Assembly (NCBI GenBank): GCA_043821645.1
Contig: JBDRCO010000087.1
Span: 192,001 to 256,000 of the forward strand
Direction of reading: 5' to 3'
Source: Pseudomonadota bacterium
GTDB lineage: Bacteria > Myxococcota > JACRCW01 > JAFGSX01
DNA: 64,000 nt
In this document: piece by piece, positions 19,197 to 29,538 of the stretch
Numbering within the stretch: the stretch's first letter is position 1
Layout: the number at the start of each line of letters is the position of its first letter
The notes under the pieces: generated by a model
What the model saw: only the letters and a program-made list of their open reading frames with translations
What the model was told of the DNA's origin: nothing
The model's database searches: none
Position numbers and translations under genes: made by a program

Positions 19197-20027
19197 ATGA
19201 CGCCGGATGACAAGAGCCTCGAGGCCCTGTTCAACGCCGCCGTGGCAGGCCAGGAGCGCCTGGAGAGCCCGGACAACGAAGACGCCGGCGCCGCCGAGAT
19301 TGCCTTCGACTCCGACGCGGAGGGCCCCGATGGCGTCGAGGAGATTGTGGTGCCTGCGGCCGACCAGGACCTCGGCGCTGGAGCTGCCGAGGACGGGCCG
19401 CCGGCGGCCGCGGAGACCTCTTCGAAGAAAAGCGCTGCGGACGCCATCACCGAGGCACTGATCAAGGCCAAGCAGGAGGCGGTGGAGGCTCTGCTGCAGA
19501 CCCAGGCCGAGGCCAAGAGTCTGCGCGACAGGTTGCTGCGCGTTTCTGCTGACTTCGAGAACTTCCGCAAGCGGACCCGCAAGCAACAGGACGAGATGCG
19601 CCAGTTTGCCGTCGAGGGCATGCTGCGCGAGCTGTTGCCCGTCCTCGATAACTTCGAGCGCGCGATCGAGCATGTACCCGCCGACAGTGAGGATCCTGTG
19701 GTGCAGGGCGTACGCATGGTCCAGCAGCAGCTGGTCGCCGTGATCGCCAAGGCCGGTGCCACGGGCTTCTCCGCACTCCAGCAAGGCTTCGATCCGGCAC
19801 GGCACGAGGCCGTGGAGCAGCTCGTCACCGACGAGCATCCTGCGGGCATGGTGGTGCGCGAGTATCAGAAGGGATACATGCTCCACGATCGCCTGTTGCG
19901 CCCTGCCATGGTCGTCGTGGCCATGCCTGCGACCCTGGCTCCGGCACCCGTGGCGAGCGCGGGCGATGCGGGCGACCCTGACGCAGATGGAGGCAATGGT
20001 TCCCGTGGCCCGGAGGGCGACGGTTGA
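19197..20027 (+). CDS. grpE: Nucleotide exchange factor GrpE
   Basis: LRVSADFENFRKR, LLPVLDNFERA, FDPARHEA, QKGYMLHDRLLRPAMVVV. Confidence 0.95.
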   Translation: MTPDDKSLEALFNAAVAGQERLESPDNEDAGAAEIAFDSDAEGPDGVEEIVVPAADQDLGAGAAEDGPPAAAETSSKKSAADAITEALIKAKQEAVEALLQTQAEAKSLRDRLLRVSADFENFRKRTRKQQDEMRQFAVEGMLRELLPVLDNFERAIEHVPADSEDPVVQGVRMVQQQLVAVIAKAGATGFSALQQGFDPARHEAVEQLVTDEHPAGMVVREYQKGYMLHDRLLRPAMVVVAMPATLAPAPVASAGDAGDPDADGGNGSRGPEGDG

Positions 20028-20068
20028 GCGCGCGCCCGTGATACGAGCGCCGCGACGAGGTTGAATTC

Positions 20069-21901
20069 ATGGGGCGGATCATCGGGATCGATCTGGGAAC
20101 GACCAACTCCTGCGTCGCCATCCTCGAGGGTGGTGAGCCGGTCGTGATCCCCAACGCCGAGGGCGCGCGCACCACGCCGTCCATTGTCGCCATCACCGAC
20201 AGCGGCGAGCGCCTGGTCGGGCAGATCGCCAAGCGCCAGGCCATCACCAACCCCGACAACACCATCTACGCGGTCAAGCGCCTGATGGGCCGCAAGTTCG
20301 ACAGCAAGGAAGTCGACAAGTTCCGCAAGACGGCGCCCTACAAGATCATCGGCGCGGACAACGGCGACGCCTGGGTCGAGCTGCACGGCAAGAAGATGAG
20401 CCCGCCCGAGGTCAGCGCGATGATCCTGGGCAAGATGAAGCAGACCGCCGAGGACTACCTGGGAGAGGACATCACCCAGGCCGTGGTCACGGTGCCCGCC
20501 TACTTCAATGACAGCCAGCGCCAGGCGACCAAGGACGCGAGCAAGATCGCTGGCCTCGACGTGCAGCGCATCATCAACGAGCCCACCGCAGCCGCGCTGG
20601 CCTACGGTCTGGACGAGAAAGAGGCGCGCGTCGTCGCGGTCTACGACCTGGGCGGCGGCACCTTCGATATCTCCATCCTCGAGCTCAGCGAGGGCGTGTT
20701 CGAGGTCAAGGCCACCAATGGCGACACCTTCCTCGGTGGCGAGGATTTCGACCAGGCCATCATCAATCACCTGGCCGACGAGTTCCTGAGCACCCAGAAC
20801 ATCGACCTGCGGCGGGACAAGATGGAGCTACAGCGCCTCAAGGAAGCCGCCGAGAAGGCCAAGCACGAGCTGAGTTCGTCGCTGGAGACCGACATCAACC
20901 TGCCCTTCATCTGCGCCGATCAGACTGGCCCCAAGCACCTGACCCAAACCCTGACCCGCGCCAAGCTCGAGGAGCTCACGGAGCCACTCATCGAGCGCAC
21001 CATCGGCCCCTGCGAGATCGCCATCAAGGACGGCGGCGTCAAGCTCGGCGACATCGGTGAGGTCATCCTCGTGGGCGGCATGACGCGAATGCCGAGGGTG
21101 CAGGAACGGGTCAAGGAGTTCTTTGGCCGCGAGTCCCACAAGGGCGTCAACCCCGATGAGGTGGTGGCGGTGGGCGCCGCGGTGCAGGGAGCCGTGCTCA
21201 CCGGCGCCGTCAAGAATGTGCTCCTGCTGGACGTCACGCCGCTGAGCCTGGGTGTCGAGACCATGGGCGGCGTGATGACCAAGATCATCGAGAAAAACAC
21301 CACCATTCCTGGCAAGAAATCGATGGTGTTCTCCACTGCCGCGGACAACCAGCCGGCGGTGAGCGTGCACGTGCTGCAAGGTGAGCGCGAGATGGCTGCT
21401 GACAACAAAACCTTGGGCCGCTTCGAGCTGGTCGGCATCCCGCCGGCACCGCGCGGAGTGCCGCAGATCGAGGTCAGCTTCGACATCGACGCCAACGGTA
21501 TCGTGCACGTGTCCGCCAAGGACCTGGGCACCGGAAAGCAGCAGTCCATACGTATCGTGTCGTCGTCAGGTCTGAGCAAGGACGAGATCGATCGCATGAT
21601 CCGCGAGGCCGACAGCGCCAAGGACGTCGACAAGAAGAAGCGCCAGCTCGCGGATATCAAGAACAACGCCGAAGGTCTGATCTACACCACCGAGCGCAGC
21701 CTCGACGAGTACTCTCACGTGCTCACCGAGGACGACATCACCGAGATCCGCGAGGACCTGGAAAAGCTCAAGGCTGTGGTCGAGGGGCCTGACGGCGAGG
21801 CCATCAAGTCGGGGATCCTTCGACTCGAGCAAAGCTCGCACAAGATCGCCGAGGCCATGTACGCCGAGGCCGCGTCCGCACTCGACGAAGAGGATCTGTA
21901 A
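20069..21901 (+). CDS. dnaK: Molecular chaperone DnaK (Hsp70)
   Basis: [45 protein letters not shown]. Confidence 0.98.
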   Translation: MGRIIGIDLGTTNSCVAILEGGEPVVIPNAEGARTTPSIVAITDSGERLVGQIAKRQAITNPDNTIYAVKRLMGRKFDSKEVDKFRKTAPYKIIGADNGDAWVELHGKKMSPPEVSAMILGKMKQTAEDYLGEDITQAVVTVPAYFNDSQRQATKDASKIAGLDVQRIINEPTAAALAYGLDEKEARVVAVYDLGGGTFDISILELSEGVFEVKATNGDTFLGGEDFDQAIINHLADEFLSTQNIDLRRDKMELQRLKEAAEKAKHELSSSLETDINLPFICADQTGPKHLTQTLTRAKLEELTEPLIERTIGPCEIAIKDGGVKLGDIGEVILVGGMTRMPRVQERVKEFFGRESHKGVNPDEVVAVGAAVQGAVLTGAVKNVLLLDVTPLSLGVETMGGVMTKIIEKNTTIPGKKSMVFSTAADNQPAVSVHVLQGEREMAADNKTLGRFELVGIPPAPRGVPQIEVSFDIDANGIVHVSAKDLGTGKQQSIRIVSSSGLSKDEIDRMIREADSAKDVDKKKRQLADIKNNAEGLIYTTERSLDEYSHVLTEDDITEIREDLEKLKAVVEGPDGEAIKSGILRLEQSSHKIAEAMYAEAASALDEEDL

Positions 21902-21904
21902 GCC

Positions 21905-22603
21905 GTGCTCGGCCTGCCACTTCTCCTCGTCGCCGGCCAGCTGCTGGTGCCTCCCTCGGACCCACCGAGTAGCATGCCTGCGCCGCAGAGCGTCGGCAGT
22001 GCCCAGCCCGAGGAGGGTGCGCGTCCTGCCGCCGTAGAACAGCCTGCCGCGGCGGACTCCGTCGAGGAGAACGGTCCCACGTCGCTGCAAGCGGATCCTG
22101 CTGTGGCGTCTGAGCCGGAGACTCCTGATGCGGAAAACTCGCCATCCGTTTCCGGAATGGAAGAGGAGACCGGCATCGACCCCTTGACGGAGCCTCCCGC
22201 GGCGAGCAGCGGAGATCCGGCAGGGACCGACCCGTCCCCGGCCCTGGTTCTCCGCAGCCCCTGCGAAGCCACCGAGACTGCCCGGGCGCTGCGCTATGGA
22301 GGGCTGGGTGTCGGTGCCGTCAGCCTGCTCGGAGCCGTCGCCTTTGCCGGGATCTCGCTGTACGAGCGGTTCCAGGCCCAGGAACTGCTCGATCATTCCC
22401 CTGCCTTTGGCAAGATTGGCGACCGCTATGTGCAGCGGGATCCCGCTCATCCGGACGTGGCGGCCTACGACGGCCACAGGGCAACGTCGAGCATCCTGTC
22501 GCAACTGTCCTGGTTTGCCCTGGGTTTGAGCCTGGCCGGCGCCGGGGTCACGGGGGCCGCGTTTCTTCTGGGTGAACAGGCCGACGCCTGCCACGCGAGC
22601 TGA
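21905..22603 (+). CDS. Hypothetical membrane protein (acidic Pro-rich linker, two C-terminal hydrophobic segments)
   Basis: Fills the dnaK-dnaJ gap 3 nt after the dnaK stop. Hydrophobic N-terminus and two TM-like segments. Confidence 0.55.
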   Translation: MLGLPLLLVAGQLLVPPSDPPSSMPAPQSVGSAQPEEGARPAAVEQPAAADSVEENGPTSLQADPAVASEPETPDAENSPSVSGMEEETGIDPLTEPPAASSGDPAGTDPSPALVLRSPCEATETARALRYGGLGVGAVSLLGAVAFAGISLYERFQAQELLDHSPAFGKIGDRYVQRDPAHPDVAAYDGHRATSSILSQLSWFALGLSLAGAGVTGAAFLLGEQADACHAS

Positions 22604-22740
22604 GCCGGATGACGCGCCGTCACCGGTTTGAGCGACCTGGGCTTGTCGGCAGCGACCTGCGTGGCTACCTTGAGCGCGCGGCGCGAGCGGTGTGCTGTGC
22701 CCGCCCACTCATCGCCTGAGCGCACATCGAGTCTGCTGAC

Positions 22741-23871
22741 ATGAGCCAAGACAAGCGTGACTACTACGAGGTTCTCGGTGTCGATCGCGGCGCCGACGAC
22801 AAGACGATCAAGAGTGCCTACCGCAAGCTGGCGCTGCAGCATCACCCGGACAAGAATCCTGGTGACAAGGACGCCGAGGAGAAGTTCAAGGAGGCCAGCG
22901 AGGCCTACGCCGTGCTCTCCGACGCCGAAAAGCGCGCGACCTTCGACCGCTTTGGCCACCAGGGCCTGGGGGGGCAGGGTTTTGACCCCTTCGCCGGCTT
23001 CGGTTTCGGCGCCGGGGGGATAGGTGATCTGTTCAGCGAGGTGTTTGGCGAGTTTCTTGGCGGCGGACGTGGCCGGGGGCGGCGCGGGCGAGGGTCCCGC
23101 GGTTCTGACCTGCGCTACAACCTGAGCTTGAGCTTCGAGGAGGCGGCCTTTGGCGTCACCAAGGAGATCCGCTATCCACGCCAGGAGCCCTGCGAGACCT
23201 GCGCCGGCAGTGGTGCGAAGCCCGGGACCGGTCCCACCACATGCCGCTCCTGCGGCGGTGCGGGCGAGGTCAGGCTGACCCAGGGATTCTTCACGGTGGC
23301 GAGACCGTGCACGAGTTGCAGTGGCAGAGGTCAGGTCATCCAGGATCCCTGCACGAGCTGCGCGGGCCGCGGTCTGGTCGACCACGAACACGAGGTCTCC
23401 ATCGAGGTTCCCGCCGGGGTCGACGAGGGAAACCGTATCCGCCACCCCGGCGAGGGCGAGCCGGGCATGCACGGCGGTCCTCCGGGAGACCTCTACGTCG
23501 TCCTGCACATCGAGGCCCATCCTCTGTTTGTGCGTGACGAGGTGGATGTCATCTGCGAGCTGCCCCTGAGCATCACCCAGGCCGCCCTGGGCGCCAGGCT
23601 CCAGGTGCCTACCCTCGATGGCAAGGTCGAGCTCAAGATCCCCGAGGGGACACAGACGGGCAAGGTGTTCCGGCTCCGCGGCAAGGGCATTCCGGTGCTG
23701 CAGCGCCAGGGCCGTGGGGACCAGCTGGTGCGCGTGGTGGTGGAGACCCCCACCAACCTCAGCGACGAGCAGCGCGAGTTGCTCGGGCGCTTCGCGGAGC
23801 TCGCAGGCGAGAACAGCGCGCCCCGCAGCAAGGGCTTCTTCGACAAGGTGCGCGAACTGTTTGACGCGTAG
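22741..23871 (+). CDS. dnaJ: Molecular chaperone DnaJ
   Basis: J-domain with HPD, G/F region, four CxxCxGxG repeats, C-terminal substrate-binding domain. Confidence 0.98.
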   Translation: MSQDKRDYYEVLGVDRGADDKTIKSAYRKLALQHHPDKNPGDKDAEEKFKEASEAYAVLSDAEKRATFDRFGHQGLGGQGFDPFAGFGFGAGGIGDLFSEVFGEFLGGGRGRGRRGRGSRGSDLRYNLSLSFEEAAFGVTKEIRYPRQEPCETCAGSGAKPGTGPTTCRSCGGAGEVRLTQGFFTVARPCTSCSGRGQVIQDPCTSCAGRGLVDHEHEVSIEVPAGVDEGNRIRHPGEGEPGMHGGPPGDLYVVLHIEAHPLFVRDEVDVICELPLSITQAALGARLQVPTLDGKVELKIPEGTQTGKVFRLRGKGIPVLQRQGRGDQLVRVVVETPTNLSDEQRELLGRFAELAGENSAPRSKGFFDKVRELFDA

Positions 23872-23992
23872 AGCGGTACTCCGGACCGAGCCGAGGTCGC
23901 CCCTTCCAGCGCCGAGCGCTGCTTCGCCTGACCGCGGCCACGTTGCATAGATCTCGCAGGGTCCCTTAAGATGCGCCCATTCGTCGACGACG

Positions 23993-24433
23993 ATGTCGCA
24001 GGAGGACTTCGTGAACGCGCGCGAATTTGAGTCTGCCTACAAGGACCTGCTCCGCGATTACGAGCACGCCGGCGAGAACCCCATGAGTTACGGGGTCACC
24101 GACTGCAAGCACTGCGCATCCTGTCACTTTTGCCGCGACTGTGAGGCCTGCTACCGGTGCACCCACTGTGTGAGCCTGCTCGGCTGCTCCCACTGCACGC
24201 GGTGCCAGGGGTGTCAGAACTGCCACGGCAGCGCCTACTGCATCGACTCCACCAACTGCAGTGGATCGAAATATCTGATTCGCTGCGAGGCCTGCTCGGA
24301 CTGCACCTATTGCTTCGGCAGCGTCGGGTTGACCAAGAAGGACTTTCACATCCTCAACCAGCCCTACGCCCGCTCGGCCTACTTCGAACTCACTGGTGCG
24401 CTGCAGAAGGCCCTGGGAATCAAGGCTCTGTAG
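23993..24433 (+). CDS. Cys-x-x periodic repeat protein of unknown function
   Basis: 19 Cys at strict 3-residue periodicity, ending CTYCFGSVGLTKKDFHILNQPY. Confidence 0.8.
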   Translation: MSQEDFVNAREFESAYKDLLRDYEHAGENPMSYGVTDCKHCASCHFCRDCEACYRCTHCVSLLGCSHCTRCQGCQNCHGSAYCIDSTNCSGSKYLIRCEACSDCTYCFGSVGLTKKDFHILNQPYARSAYFELTGALQKALGIKAL

Positions 24434-24503
24434 TCCACAAGCGGCGGTCCTGTCCCGCTGTGCTAGGATCCCTCGCATGTCATGCATGCACGAGGAGATG
24501 ACC

Positions 24504-25130
24504 ATGAGAATCATGACCGCGCTGTTGATGGGCTGCCTGTCCCTTGGCCTGCTCGCGTGCCCGGTGGGGCCCACCGGACCTGGCGATGCCAGCACCCTCG
24601 ATGGCGGTAGCCCGCGCGATGGCTCCAGCGCCGATTCTACCGGCCGCGACACCACGGCCCGGGACAGCTCGGTCCGGGATTCCAACAGTACCGATGGTCG
24701 CCTGAACTTCGATGCCAGCGGCTTCGACCTGGCCGCTTTTGACATCGTGGACTACGACGTGGGCTTGATGGAGTACGACGGCATCGAGGAGCCCGGCGTG
24801 ATGTGCGCGTCCGCGGCCTGTGCCGTGGGAGTCAACTGCTGTGCAGGGCTGGGCACGACCTGCGATCCAGGGACCGGTTGCGGCATGCTGACCATCCCCG
24901 TGCCCTGCGATGGACCGGAGGATTGCGATGCCAACCAGGTGTGCTGCGTCAACGGCACGAGCATGTCGGACTACAGCATCACCTGCGTCGCCGAAGGGGC
25001 CTGTGGCGGGACGCGGGTGTGCACCACTTCCGCCGAGTGCGGCGCCGGCAGCCTGTGCTGCAGCGCGCAACTGCTGATCACGCTCGGGCTCGACCTGGGC
25101 TGGTGCGAGGCGGATCACTGCGGCAACTGA
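24504..25130 (+). CDS. Cys-rich lipoprotein with Asp/Ser linker
   Basis: GAGGAG RBS, lipobox LLAC, RDSS/RDSN linker, repeated CDGPEDC..CC modules. Confidence 0.7.
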   Translation: MRIMTALLMGCLSLGLLACPVGPTGPGDASTLDGGSPRDGSSADSTGRDTTARDSSVRDSNSTDGRLNFDASGFDLAAFDIVDYDVGLMEYDGIEEPGVMCASAACAVGVNCCAGLGTTCDPGTGCGMLTIPVPCDGPEDCDANQVCCVNGTSMSDYSITCVAEGACGGTRVCTTSAECGAGSLCCSAQLLITLGLDLGWCEADHCGN

Positions 25131-25161
25131 CGGCCGTCGCAGCCCTGCCGGGCCTGCGCGC

Positions 25162-25395
25162 TCAAGGCTCCTTGCGAACCGGCGGCAGTGGCACCGGGTC
25201 AAAACCCCCTTCGTGAAACGGATGGCAGCGCAGCAGGCGCTTCAGGGCAAGCCAGCCGCCACGTACAGGTCCGTGTCTCTGCAGGGCTTCGATGGCGTAG
25301 GCGCTGCAGGTCGGTGTGTAGCGGCACGAGGGCGGCAGCCAGGGTGAGATCGCCACCTGGTACAGACGCACCAGCCCGATGAGAAGTGTGCGCAC
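25162..25395 (-). CDS. yidD: Membrane protein insertion efficiency factor YidD
   Basis: [31 protein letters not shown]...[17 protein letters not shown]. Confidence 0.92.
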   Translation of the reverse strand: MRTLLIGLVRLYQVAISPWLPPSCRYTPTCSAYAIEALQRHGPVRGGWLALKRLLRCHPFHEGGFDPVPLPPVRKEP

Positions 25396-25556
25396 AGCTC
25401 TCCTGTAGCGCGGGGATGCGCACCTGTGCAACGGACGGCCGTTTTTTTGCCATGTCCCTTCGCACACCTTAAGGTGGGAGCGGGTGCTCGCATCACGCAG
25501 GCCGGCCACGGCTGGCGGCAATCTGCAGCGAAGTGCGACACCGTGCGAGGCTCGGT

Positions 25557-25898
25557 ATGAAGTGGCTGCTCATGGGCATCGTCGCCGCGGGGGTGGTGGT
25601 GGGTGCGGGCCTGGCCGGGGGCCTGGATGGAGTCGCCGATCGCGCGGGCGATCGCGCCGTGGAGCTGTATCGCAGGCTGGCCGCGAGCTCGCTGCTGGCA
25701 CCCTCGCCCCCGGAGCGCACTCCGCCTCCCGCACGCCCTGTGCCTGCACGCGCCGTGGTTTCAGCGGCCGAGACAGCCCCGCAGGCGACCCCGACCCCGC
25801 GGATCGCCCGCCGTCCCGACGGTGCACCCGGCGAGACCCTCACCGAGGCAGACCGCGACCGCCTCAACCAGATCATCGAGGCCCGGCTCAAGCGCTGA
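25557..25898 (+). CDS. Hypothetical protein with N-terminal signal/TM anchor
   Basis: [15 protein letters not shown], Pro-rich linker, C-terminal [15 protein letters not shown]. Confidence 0.55.
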   Translation: MKWLLMGIVAAGVVVGAGLAGGLDGVADRAGDRAVELYRRLAASSLLAPSPPERTPPPARPVPARAVVSAAETAPQATPTPRIARRPDGAPGETLTEADRDRLNQIIEARLKR

Positions 25899-25957
25899 CC
25901 TGGCCACCTCGCGGGGTCGTGGTTTGCGGCCGCGCCCAAAACGAATAACATCGCCGC

Positions 25958-26611
25958 ATGCCGTCTCGTTTCGTGCCCCCGCAATCGCTTCGCTTCGTGG
26001 CCGAGGAGGTCCCCTCCTTCATCAAGGCCCGCACGCATCATCGCAAGGCCGACGACCTGGGTGCGCCCCACGAGGTCTTTCTCGAGCGCTGGAAGGGTTT
26101 CGAATTTCTGTACAGCGACGTCGCACCCATGACTCGGAAGCACGATGCCGCCGTGTTCGCGCGCGACGCCGGTGCGGTCGAGGTGATGACAGCGTGCCTG
26201 GCTCAACTCTCGAGACCGCGTCTCGACCAGATCTTGTCGTCGGCAGACATCCCCGAGCTCAACGTGGTGCTGTCGCGCAAGAACAAGAACGCGCTCATCG
26301 GCCAGAACGGTCTGCTCAAGGAGCTGGGTGTCGACCTGCCACACTGGCTCACGGCGCAGAAGGACCTGCGCTTCGCCCTCAAGGCCAATACCCAGAAGGG
26401 GCTGCATGCGATCTGCACGCTGCTGCTGGTCGTGCGCGCCGCCTGTGACCCCAAGGTGCCCAAGACCGACAACCTGGTCAAGGACGCCGCGGCCCTGGCA
26501 CCGGCCAATCGTCTGCTCAAGGACTGCGTGGTGCACCTCGTCGAACACTTTCAAAAAGAAGCTGATCGCTTTCACGAGCCCGCCTTTCGCGGACCCCCCC
26601 GCAAGGTCTGA
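25958..26611 (+). CDS. Hypothetical protein (weak resemblance to Apea-like HEPN fold)
   Basis: Normal codon bias. FLERWKGFEFLY and LLLVVRAACDP segments. Confidence 0.6.
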   Translation: MPSRFVPPQSLRFVAEEVPSFIKARTHHRKADDLGAPHEVFLERWKGFEFLYSDVAPMTRKHDAAVFARDAGAVEVMTACLAQLSRPRLDQILSSADIPELNVVLSRKNKNALIGQNGLLKELGVDLPHWLTAQKDLRFALKANTQKGLHAICTLLLVVRAACDPKVPKTDNLVKDAAALAPANRLLKDCVVHLVEHFQKEADRFHEPAFRGPPRKV

Positions 26612-26637
26612 GCGACGGTCAGCTTCGAGGACCTGCC

Positions 26638-27138
26638 ATGACAATGGACAAAGCCTTGCACAGTGCGGCCACCAGCCTGGCGGACCAGATGGCCGAGATC
26701 ATCGATGCGCACACCTTCGAGCCCGAGCTGGGCCGCGTGTGGGCGGTGCTGCTGCTGACGGAGAAGGGGCAGACCGCCGACGAGGTGGCGACCATCCTCG
26801 GCGAGGACCCGGACACCGTGGACCAGGCCATGGAGCAGCTCGTCGAGCTGGGTGCGGCTCGCGGCAAGGGCGAGCGCTACAGTGCGGTGATCGATCCGCT
26901 GCAGGTGGCCGCCAGCTTCGTCAAGGCCAAGGAGTTGCCCCTGATCGGGCAGGTCGAGGACGCCTTGCTCTTTGCGCGCGATCGCCTGGCCAAGAGTTCC
27001 GACGCGCAGGCGGCGCTGGCCCGGACACGGGTCGAGGATCTGGCGCGCCAGGTGACCCTGATCAAGCGGCTCCTGCAGGCTGTGGCGTCGAGCGGTAGCC
27101 TCGAGCTGGACAAGCTGCTGCGGGCCCTGGGCAGCTGA
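26638..27138 (+). CDS. GbsR/MarR-like winged-HTH transcriptional regulator
   Basis: GRVWAVLLL...TADEVATILG...VDQAMEQLVELG...GERYSA. Confidence 0.65.
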   Translation: MTMDKALHSAATSLADQMAEIIDAHTFEPELGRVWAVLLLTEKGQTADEVATILGEDPDTVDQAMEQLVELGAARGKGERYSAVIDPLQVAASFVKAKELPLIGQVEDALLFARDRLAKSSDAQAALARTRVEDLARQVTLIKRLLQAVASSGSLELDKLLRALGS

Positions 27139-27197
27139 CACGGACCTCCCCGGGGTCCGGGGCGGCACCTCGAATCGCGACCGGCGAGCGGGTGTGT

Positions 27198-27977
27198 TCA
27201 GGACGCCTCAGGGCTGGCGTGGCGACGAAGGAAGTCGAGCACCTGCGCCACGGCCAGGTCGCGCTCCACATCGAGCAAGATCAGGTGGCGGCTACGTGGC
27301 AACAGGTAGCGCTCGACCACGCGTGCACCCAGCGCCGAGGCCACGCGCGCGCCGACCCGGGCCGGGATCGTGCGGTCACGGGCTCCGTGCATGACCAGCG
27401 TCGGCATGCGCACCCTGCCTTGTGCTCGACGGAAGCGTCGGGCCAGCTGGTCCAGGGCGAGCAGTCCGCGCGTCGGGTGCACGCCGTAGCACGGATTGCG
27501 GCGGCGTCCCTCGGGATCTCCGCAGTCACCGCCCTTTGCCACCTTCGGCAGCATGGGCAGGGCGCGCCACAGCCCTGCGCGCACCGCCACAAGACCGGCC
27601 TCGCCCCAGGGAGCCAGGCGTGCTGCGGGCGAGAGCAAGACCAGGGCCCGCACGCGCACAGCCTGCTCCTCGGCAAGCAGGCCTGCGACCAGCGAACCCA
27701 TGGAGAAACCGACCAGCACCAGGGGCCCCGTGATGGTGTCCAGGACGCGGCGGGCGCCGTCGAGCACCTGGTCGGCACTGGCTGCCGCCAGATCCTCGGG
27801 TCGAGCCCCGTGGCCTGCGAGCACAGGCCCGATGGCACGCCAACCGCCAGCGGCCAGCGCCAGGCCCAGGGGGCGGACCTCGTAGGGGGAACCCGTGAAG
27901 CCGTGAAAGAGCACCACGGTGGGAGAGCCCGTGCCCAGGTCAAAGGGCGCCGGCGTGCTGGGGGGGAGGGGCATCAT
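27198..27977 (-). CDS. Alpha/beta hydrolase (carboxylesterase / monoacylglycerol lipase-like)
   Basis: HGFTGSP, GFSMG nucleophile elbow, HGARDRT, SRHLI. Confidence 0.88.
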   Translation of the reverse strand: MMPLPPSTPAPFDLGTGSPTVVLFHGFTGSPYEVRPLGLALAAGGWRAIGPVLAGHGARPEDLAAASADQVLDGARRVLDTITGPLVLVGFSMGSLVAGLLAEEQAVRVRALVLLSPAARLAPWGEAGLVAVRAGLWRALPMLPKVAKGGDCGDPEGRRRNPCYGVHPTRGLLALDQLARRFRRAQGRVRMPTLVMHGARDRTIPARVGARVASALGARVVERYLLPRSRHLILLDVERDLAVAQVLDFLRRHASPEAS

Positions 27978-28100
27978 GGTTGCAGCATAGCGCCGGTGTC
28001 GTCCGGGACAAGTCACGGCGCGTCGGGTTGCACCGTCGGTGGGTCTTGCCGGAGGGCGCGGCAGGGGGTAGCTTTCGCAGGTGAAACGGGAGCACGCGCC

Positions 28101-28718
28101 ATGAGCCATGCATCGACTTCTCTCCACTCTACCGCTTACGTCTCGCCCCTGCCCGTGCACGGAGCACGCAGTGTCAAGCAGCTCCATCACGATATGACGC
28201 CCGCAGACAGGGCGTACCTGCTCGAGGCTCTGCGCGGCCTGGGGATCACCTTCAAGCACTTCTTCGTGAATCTTGGCCGCCTGCTGGCGCGTCAGCCCAT
28301 CGAGACCGTGTCCTATCCCGACGTCAAGCGAGCCTATCCCGAGCGCTTCCGTGGCCAGCACCGCTTGCTCAAGCGCGAGGATGGATCGCCGCGCTGCGTG
28401 GCCTGCTTCATGTGTGCTACGGCCTGCCCGGCCTATGCCATCCGCATCGTCGCCACCGAGCGCGAGGGCTCGACCGAGAAGATGCCCGACGTGTTCGAGA
28501 TCGACGAGCTGCGCTGTGTCGACTGTGGCCTCTGCGTCGACGCGTGCCCCTGTGACGCCATCCGCATGGACACCGGCATACACCCGGCGCCCTCCCTCTC
28601 GCGCGAGGCCACCCTGATCACCAAGACGGATCTGCTGAAGTACCGCGGTCTCGACGACGGCACGCTACCCAGGACCGCGCGCACGGGCGAGCGGACCGCC
28701 GCGGGGCATCACGCATGA
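28101..28718 (+). CDS. nuoI: NADH-quinone oxidoreductase subunit I
   Basis: TVSYPD..ERFRGQH, CVACFMCATACP, FEIDELRCVDCGLCVDACPCDAI. Confidence 0.92.
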   Translation: MSHASTSLHSTAYVSPLPVHGARSVKQLHHDMTPADRAYLLEALRGLGITFKHFFVNLGRLLARQPIETVSYPDVKRAYPERFRGQHRLLKREDGSPRCVACFMCATACPAYAIRIVATEREGSTEKMPDVFEIDELRCVDCGLCVDACPCDAIRMDTGIHPAPSLSREATLITKTDLLKYRGLDDGTLPRTARTGERTAAGHHA

Positions 28719-29344
28719 ACGCGCGACAGCTCGTCACGCTTGTAGGTCTGCTGGCGCTTGGGTCCTGTCAGTGCGCCAAGAAGGACGCGGCCCCAGAGCC
28801 TGCGACCGCGTCAGCGCCGTCGGTGGACCCGCGTGAACGCGCGCGCCGCGATGCGCCCGTCGACGCTCCCGGCATCAAGCTGGCCCCTATCCCTGACGCT
28901 CCCTTGACCGCGGAGGATACCGCCACGTGCCTGGTGGACCCGGATCCCATGGCCCAGGCCTCCTGCCTGGGAGCGCTGGCCCAGCGCCATCGCGATCCGC
29001 GCTACTGTGGTGCCATCGTCGAGCTGACCCGGAAGACGGGGGAGAGTGCCCCCCCCCTGCTCAAGAGCGGCGCCGCAGGCAACGCCTGTCGCCGCACCAT
29101 CGCCTTCATGCGCGATGACGCGGCGCTCTGCGCCAGCATCGAACAGGCGGCGATGGCGGGGAGCTGCCTGTCCTACTTTGCGATGAAGCGCCGGGATCCG
29201 GCGGTATGCGATCTGGGCCCGGGCGAGGCGGGCATGACCTGCTACCTCAACGAGGCGGCCCGCACCCGCGACGCGGCGCTGTGCGACAAGACCGGCCAGT
29301 TCAAGGAGGACTGCCACAAGCGCCTGGGGCCGGCCACGCCCTGA
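28715..29344 (+). CDS. Lipoprotein with ~26-aa disulfide helical repeats
   Basis: Lipobox LGSC. Repeats of the form C-x4-A-x4-D-x3-C. ATGA overlap with nuoI. Confidence 0.7.
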   Translation: MNARQLVTLVGLLALGSCQCAKKDAAPEPATASAPSVDPRERARRDAPVDAPGIKLAPIPDAPLTAEDTATCLVDPDPMAQASCLGALAQRHRDPRYCGAIVELTRKTGESAPPLLKSGAAGNACRRTIAFMRDDAALCASIEQAAMAGSCLSYFAMKRRDPAVCDLGPGEAGMTCYLNEAARTRDAALCDKTGQFKEDCHKRLGPATP

Positions 29345-29447
29345 GCGCGCGCGTCGTCGAACTAAAGATCGTGCGTCGACGGCACCACAAGCGTTTTCTC
29401 GTTGACGCCGCAGTGCGGCTTTGACACAAGGCGGGGTCCACGGACTA

Positions 29448-29522
29448 CGGGGTGTAGCTCAGTCTGGTTAGAGCGCATGGTTCGGGACCATGAGGCCGGA
29501 GGTTCGAATCCTCTCACCCCGA
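29448..29522 (+). tRNA. tRNA-Pro (anticodon CGG), 3' CCA not encoded
   Basis: CGGGGTG acceptor stem with CACCCCG, D-arm AGCTCAGTCTGGTTAGAGC, anticodon arm CATGG-TTCGGGA-CCATG, T-loop GGTTCGAATCC. Confidence 0.97.
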
Positions 29523-29538
29523 TCGTTTTTTATCTGAG

